64,000 bases of DNA from a virus. Positions 58,890-64,000 of the stretch are shown in pieces. A program made the position numbers and the translations under genes. The DNA is taken from the IMG/VR virus record IMGVR_UViG_3300023084_000003; one strand, written 5' to 3'. Positions within the stretch are counted from its first letter, which is position 1; every line of letters begins with the position of its first letter. The notes beneath the pieces were generated by a model. The model did no database searches and was not told where the DNA came from. It was given only the letters and a program-made list of their open reading frames with translations.

Positions 58890-60134
58890 TTACTTCCCCA
58901 CTTTTGCTGAGAGTTCCTTAATGGCTTCGATAAGTAGACCTACTAGATTACCATGTCGAACTGCATAAGTTTCTTCATTAGTATCAGGATTCACTGTTTT
59001 ATATACAATGCCAGGTACGACTTTCTCAATTTCTTGAGCCATAACACCAGTCATCTCTTCACCCGGTCTACTCTTATAGTTAAACGTGTATCCGCCAAGT
59101 TGCAAAACTTTATCTAAAGCATTTTCAATTGGATTAATATTTTCTTTCATCGCGATATCTGAGATGTTTGCAAAAGCTGTAATATCTCCGCTGGCCTGTA
59201 TTGTGCCCAGATTTGCGTCAGTGGCGTTGTTAACAACCAACGAACTAAATGTTACATTTGATCCTGTTCCTACTGCCTGACCAATATTAATTGGAACAAC
59301 ATCATTTACTGCAGCTCCAAATGTAACACCTGTTCCTGCTGAGAAAGAACCTTGTGCCCTTGCATTTGTAAAGTAAAGATTATCGGTACCTTCGTCTAAC
59401 GCGTCAGTGTCGTGGTTAATAAGTGAGCTTACTGTACCTTGAACGTTGCCGAAGAAAGTCGCTGGAATATTTGCAGCAGGTCCACCATTTTCAAGTACTT
59501 TACCTGACCCGTTTCCGCCTGTTGGAGATGGATGATATACGTCTCCAGTAAGATCACCAGTTACGTTACCAATTACGCTACCAGTAAAGGAACCAGAACC
59601 GCCTTGAGTTACGATATTATTTGCACTAAATGTTCCACGAACAGTAAGCGCATCTTCAATTACCACATCATCTCTTACGTATAGATCTACAACTTGAAGA
59701 GTGCCATTTGGTAGCAGTCTAAGTTTAGGATCTCCAGAACCTGTGTCTAATATAATAGCAGTGTTTACAGAATCTTCCATACCGAAAGTCCATGTGTCGG
59801 TATTATCTGTAAGTTCGATTCTAGGGCCACCTGCTGTATATTTCAGAACAAGTTGATTCTGATTTGTTGTAGCATTCATTGTAATAGGATTGTGGAATGT
59901 AACGTTATTAGCAGAGTTATAAGCTCTTACGTGATCTGAAAAAAGTTCATCATTTGCTTTTAAATCTGTTGCTTCAAAAGTTCCCACAAGAGTAGCGTTA
60001 CCCGTGGTGTCGTCACCGAGAGCAGATGCGGTTACTACTTCAGCTCTAAACAAATCTACCATTTCATTGGTTTTATCAAACCAGTTTTGAAATGTTTGTG
60101 TAGTTGTAATGTTTGTAATACTTGATTTTGCCAT
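58890..60134 (-). CDS. Short tail fibre with Peptidase S74 intramolecular chaperone
   Basis: TFQNWFDKTN N-terminal motif; C-terminal ISDIAMKENINPIENALDKV...GVMAQEIEKV...[12 protein letters not shown]. Confidence 0.85.
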   Translation of the reverse strand: MAKSSITNITTTQTFQNWFDKTNEMVDLFRAEVVTASALGDDTTGNATLVGTFEATDLKANDELFSDHVRAYNSANNVTFHNPITMNATTNQNQLVLKYTAGGPRIELTDNTDTWTFGMEDSVNTAIILDTGSGDPKLRLLPNGTLQVVDLYVRDDVVIEDALTVRGTFSANNIVTQGGSGSFTGSVIGNVTGDLTGDVYHPSPTGGNGSGKVLENGGPAANIPATFFGNVQGTVSSLINHDTDALDEGTDNLYFTNARAQGSFSAGTGVTFGAAVNDVVPINIGQAVGTGSNVTFSSLVVNNATDANLGTIQASGDITAFANISDIAMKENINPIENALDKVLQLGGYTFNYKSRPGEEMTGVMAQEIEKVVPGIVYKTVNPDTNEETYAVRHGNLVGLLIEAIKELSAKVGK

Positions 60135-60320
60135 TTATCTGTTCTCTAATTGATCTAAGCGCTCATTTACTCTAACGAGAGTTTCACGAACAACAACAAG
60201 TTCTTTTGTTAAGAGCTCAACTTTTCTATATAAAGCTCTTTCTTGTTTATATTTATTTAGCGCAGCTTTGTCTGTGTTTAAAACTGCGCCTGTTGATTGC
60301 TCTCGTTTTAGATGTATCAT
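60135..60320 (-). CDS. Small coiled-coil hypothetical protein
   Basis: 61 aa, overlaps the upstream gene (ATGA) and abuts the downstream gene; GAVLNTD motif then heptad-like tail. Confidence 0.65.
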   Translation of the reverse strand: MIHLKREQSTGAVLNTDKAALNKYKQERALYRKVELLTKELVVVRETLVRVNERLDQLENR

Positions 60321-63300
60321 GTTAACGCGATGCCTCTATAATCTTTTACCATAGGTACTTGATGGAGATCATCTGCAATAAGATCAATTCTAATTGCAAA
60401 CTTTCTATATCCGCTAAAGTCTCCTTCAGTGCTTGTATATTCAAGAACTCCATTAGCATCTTTGTTCGCGTCGGCTACTTTATACTTGTACTCTCGATAA
60501 TCTTTTTGATTAATCGCTGAACAATATACACCCACACCTTCTACCAATTCTAATTCAATCCAAGGTAGAGTATCAAAGTCTGCAGCGTCATATGTATTCT
60601 GCGGTCTGATATAAACTTTGATATCGGTGTTTGGTGGTCTGTAACCTGTAACAAAGATTTCCATATCTTCAGCATCAAGATCTTCTGCCAACTCAATTCG
60701 TTTTGAGATATATTTAGAAGTATCTGCTGCAGTAGAAGCTGTCATATACTGATAAGCAATGGCAGCTGATAAGTCCATATCAACCATAGGTGTTGATGTA
60801 GAGTTTGAGCTATTCGACATTTCTACTGTAATATCAAATGGTTTCGATCTTGATGGATCATTTGATTTACTAAAGAGTGTTACACCTTGAGTAAATGTGT
60901 TATTATCACCGAATCTCATTGGAAGCTGATAAGTCGTGCTTGTATTAGCAGGAGGAACAAAAGTACCTTTAAGCTGTGTTCTTGTAATGCTGTCATTTGC
61001 TTTCATAACAATTGGTTGTATATAACTCAAGTTAATATCATCAATTGTAGCAATCGTTGCTGTAACACCAGATGCTAGTCCTATAATACTTCCTGCTGCA
61101 AACCCACGACTTGTTCTTGCTGAGCTTCCTTTAAGATGAAGTTCTGCTCTGTCAAGTTTATCGTAGTAAGAAACTCTACCTACAACGATAGGCTCACCCG
61201 AAGCAACTGTAAAGTGAGCTGGTTTGTCTACAGTCATTTCAGTATTGCTGTTAACGCTTACGACTCTGAATATGTCTTTAGCCACGTTTCCAGAATCTTC
61301 CATTAGAACATAGTCATCGGCGGCATATGTATCACCGAGAACACCGGAATCCGCAGTTACAGTAGTACCACTAATAGTCATTCCACTTACTGTAGCGCCT
61401 TGCTTAGGCTTGATCTGATAGACATACTCGTCTTGTACAAACTTACCATCCCAATCTGACAATGTAAAGAATTCATGATCGTCATTTGTCATAGTAACAG
61501 AACCGACTGAAGCATTAAAGTCATGTCTGTGCAACTTAAACTTGATATCTTCGTCTTGGTAAGCACTCCAAGCTCTGTTGTTTGTAGATGTAAATAGAAC
61601 ACCATCACCCCAGTCTTGTACAACAGCCTGTCCATTTGTAGAACCAGATGTAAGATCAGCGCCACCAACTTTAGATGTAAAGTGCAGATAGTTTGGATCG
61701 TTGGCATCAGGCATTAGAACAACACAGTATTCTTTCTCGATGTCCATTCTTACTGGAGCTGGGAAAGTTACTGTTGTAACCAGATCTGAAGTATCAGAAA
61801 CATTTACTTCTGAGGCTAACAAATGTACTTTACCGAAAGGCAAGATTGTATTTGTTGGATAACCATTTTCCACTTCACGAAGCATAACAGTAATACCATT
61901 CGTTTCTGACTTTCTCTTAAAGTAAAGATCAATCTTTGAAACGAATACACTGTTAGATCCTTCACCCATACCTTTCTTGATAAAGAATGTCTGAGCAAGT
62001 GGATCCCCGTTGCCATTTCCTGGAGGATCAGCGGGTGGATCCGGGCGAGGTCTTCTTCTACGTGGCAGGTTGCGAGTTGTCGTTGTTTCATTATGGAAGA
62101 ACTCTGCAGTTCTTGTAGAGGCAGTCATAGACTGAGCATCTATAGAAATATTATATGAGTTATATGAGATAGTAGCTCTAGATGTTGAACCTGAAGCAAT
62201 ACTTGAGTACTGATCAACGTCAACAATGTAGAGTACTCTTTCACCTACAAAGAATGTTTCTTCAGGAATACTAAATACGGCTCTCAATACGCCGTTTTCG
62301 TCTGTAAGTACATCAGCACCTTTATTACCAAATGCTTGAATATCTCTTGTAGCATTTACTGCAGTACCTGGCGCAACGTCTTGATTAACGTCAATACCAT
62401 CAAAGAAGAAATAATGTTTAGTGTTTGGTCTCAAACCAGATACAAAAATATTTACATCTCTTGCTCTAATAAACGGCATGAATTGTACGTTAGAAACAAA
62501 GTCACCAACTCTTTGGTCGATAGTAGCGTTCTCTCGAGCTGCAATAGTAGAAACTGTACCTTCTTGAATTGGTGTTGGGAACCAGTCATTCGGGTTACCG
62601 ATCTGAGTACTTCCAATAACGTCACCCCACTGAGTATCAGTAAGAGGAATATATCTTTGTAATCCTTCAACAAAGCTTGTAAACGGTGTTGCTAGATCGA
62701 TATTCAAACGTGTTGGGTTTGTTACAGTATCATGAACCATATCATGTGATGGGAACAATTCTGCTGTACCGTTAAACGACCAGAAGTTACTTACGCAGTT
62801 TCTAAAGTTTGTTGCATAAGGCTGGTTAAGTAGCTCAACGTGCGCATTTCTTTCAAGCGTAGCAACATCAGCATCTGCTGTATTCGGGAAGATAGTGGCA
62901 TTCGTACTGGTTTTGTACTTTAGATCCATTGGCAAAGTTTTTACTGCAGGAGTAAGAATCTTTCTATTAAAATGAATCGCTGCTTTGTAGTCAGTATCTT
63001 CTAGGTTAGCAAGAGAACTGTCGTTCATTGGATCTACAAGATAACCATTCTTAAATCTTGTCAATCCATTTTCATCTAGAATTGTCATGTTCTCGACAGA
63101 AGATTCAAGCTGGCTCAAGCTGATATAGTACTCAAGTCCTTCAAGTCTTTTCTCAATCTTTTCGATATCTCTCATTCTATAACGAGGAGTACCTTTTGAT
63201 TTAGCACTTACAGCATACTCAAATTTTCTTTGGTTCGCGGCTTCATTAGGACTTAGAGCTGGATATCCAGGAATTGTAACCTGCGAAATTACCATCTCAT

Positions 63301-64000
63301 CAGCACCTACCTGAGGAGGAACTGGAGTAGCAGATTCTACGCCTTTTACAATCTTAATGCTACCAAATGAATCTACAATAATACTGTCAACACGAGCAAG
63401 ATATGTTTCAATGTCACCTGTTGCAACAGCATTCAAGCAAGGTTGTAGGTAATCCGTTCTTGAGAACTGAGGTGCTTGCTGACCAACAGTCTGAGTAATT
63501 GTTCCGGCAGATGCAGGAGTTGTATGACTATATTGAACAGCAGCATTTTTGTCTGCATGAGGTCTAAAGTCAATGCATTCGCGCATGTTGTAAATCTTTT
63601 TATTGCCAGATGAGTATGTTGGAATTTGCCATGAACGACATTTATCATTTGGCAAAACAGCAGTCTCGTCGTCGATAGGATAACTATCGATCGTAAAGAA
63701 GTATTTACCGCTGCCCGGATTCGGTTCGAAACATTTCATACGTACTGTAATCGTACCAGCATTTGGCTTTGGTCTGCCTGGAATATATTCCATATATGAG
63801 ATATCATAGAAAGTATCTTTCTGGTTGATTCTCAATCTAAAGCTTTCACTGTAATCTGTTCCAGTGTTGTCAGTTACTTCTAGAATCTCATATACATCTG
63901 GGAAGCCAAGGCTGTACGTATTTACTACAGCCGAATAAGTGTTCTTTACATAAACATTGCGCACAAGTTTACCGAACGGTCTTGGATTCGCAGTATATCT
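60317..64000 (-). CDS. DUF4815-like large virion structural protein (5'-truncated by window edge)
   Basis: YRMRDIEKIEKRLEGLEYY.SLS.LE...RFKNGYLVDP, DPLAQTF, SKIDLYF motifs; the frame stays open from 63964 to 64000 (RYTANPRPFGKL), so the true start lies outside the window. Confidence 0.8.
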   Translation of the reverse strand, partial: RYTANPRPFGKLVRNVYVKNTYSAVVNTYSLGFPDVYEILEVTDNTGTDYSESFRLRINQKDTFYDISYMEYIPGRPKPNAGTITVRMKCFEPNPGSGKYFFTIDSYPIDDETAVLPNDKCRSWQIPTYSSGNKKIYNMRECIDFRPHADKNAAVQYSHTTPASAGTITQTVGQQAPQFSRTDYLQPCLNAVATGDIETYLARVDSIIVDSFGSIKIVKGVESATPVPPQVGADEMVISQVTIPGYPALSPNEAANQRKFEYAVSAKSKGTPRYRMRDIEKIEKRLEGLEYYISLSQLESSVENMTILDENGLTRFKNGYLVDPMNDSSLANLEDTDYKAAIHFNRKILTPAVKTLPMDLKYKTSTNATIFPNTADADVATLERNAHVELLNQPYATNFRNCVSNFWSFNGTAELFPSHDMVHDTVTNPTRLNIDLATPFTSFVEGLQRYIPLTDTQWGDVIGSTQIGNPNDWFPTPIQEGTVSTIAARENATIDQRVGDFVSNVQFMPFIRARDVNIFVSGLRPNTKHYFFFDGIDVNQDVAPGTAVNATRDIQAFGNKGADVLTDENGVLRAVFSIPEETFFVGERVLYIVDVDQYSSIASGSTSRATISYNSYNISIDAQSMTASTRTAEFFHNETTTTRNLPRRRRPRPDPPADPPGNGNGDPLAQTFFIKKGMGEGSNSVFVSKIDLYFKRKSETNGITVMLREVENGYPTNTILPFGKVHLLASEVNVSDTSDLVTTVTFPAPVRMDIEKEYCVVLMPDANDPNYLHFTSKVGGADLTSGSTNGQAVVQDWGDGVLFTSTNNRAWSAYQDEDIKFKLHRHDFNASVGSVTMTNDDHEFFTLSDWDGKFVQDEYVYQIKPKQGATVSGMTISGTTVTADSGVLGDTYAADDYVLMEDSGNVAKDIFRVVSVNSNTEMTVDKPAHFTVASGEPIVVGRVSYYDKLDRAELHLKGSSARTSRGFAAGSIIGLASGVTATIATIDDINLSYIQPIVMKANDSITRTQLKGTFVPPANTSTTYQLPMRFGDNNTFTQGVTLFSKSNDPSRSKPFDITVEMSNSSNSTSTPMVDMDLSAAIAYQYMTASTAADTSKYISKRIELAEDLDAEDMEIFVTGYRPPNTDIKVYIRPQNTYDAADFDTLPWIELELVEGVGVYCSAINQKDYREYKYKVADANKDANGVLEYTSTEGDFSGYRKFAIRIDLIADDLHQVPMVKDYRGIALT

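Noticed and set aside
1312-62662. All plus-strand ORFs and short nested minus-strand ORFs in the track
   Set aside because: They lie within long, well-formed minus-strand genes, show no recognisable motifs, and are expected shadows of biased codon usage, especially over the collagen repeats.
1-64000. Diversity-generating retroelement, invertase/shufflon, intron, intein, homing endonuclease or tRNA genes
   Set aside because: No reverse transcriptase, recombinase or HNH/LAGLIDADG/GIY-YIG motifs were recognised, and the intergenic gaps are too short for RNA genes.

Overview
A 64-kb, entirely minus-strand, densely packed virion-morphogenesis region of a large T4-like myovirus (Caudoviricetes); the host cannot be determined from this window. 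In transcription order (64000 to 1): a truncated DUF4815-like virion protein, a run of fibre/appendage genes (fibre with Peptidase S74 chaperone plus Gly-rich adhesin; a 3637-aa repeat protein; a collagen-like fibre; 1394-, 839- and 3369-aa fibre-like proteins), a 14-gene enzyme cluster, a sugar-related cassette, another fibre plus gp38-like adhesin, and neck genes gp13 and gp14 (gp14 is truncated and missing from the ORF track). T4 late promoter boxes (TATAAATA) precede several units. The main candidate novel system is at 11.1-23.3 kb. A 191-aa protein ending in CHNSCHTSCHSSRGRR is translationally coupled to the longest tail fibre, in the position a gp38 adhesin occupies elsewhere in the window. 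It is followed by four radical SAM enzymes with SPASM-type Cys motifs, one cobalamin-dependent radical SAM enzyme, four Fe(II)/2OG-type or JmjC oxygenases and four unknown proteins. This looks like RiPP-style post-translational modification machinery acting on a virion tip protein (inference). Other notable signals are phycobiliprotein-like C-x-R-D repeats in the 3637-aa protein and an amicyanin-type copper ligand loop in the collagen fibre. No database searches were run; all family names come from motif recognition.
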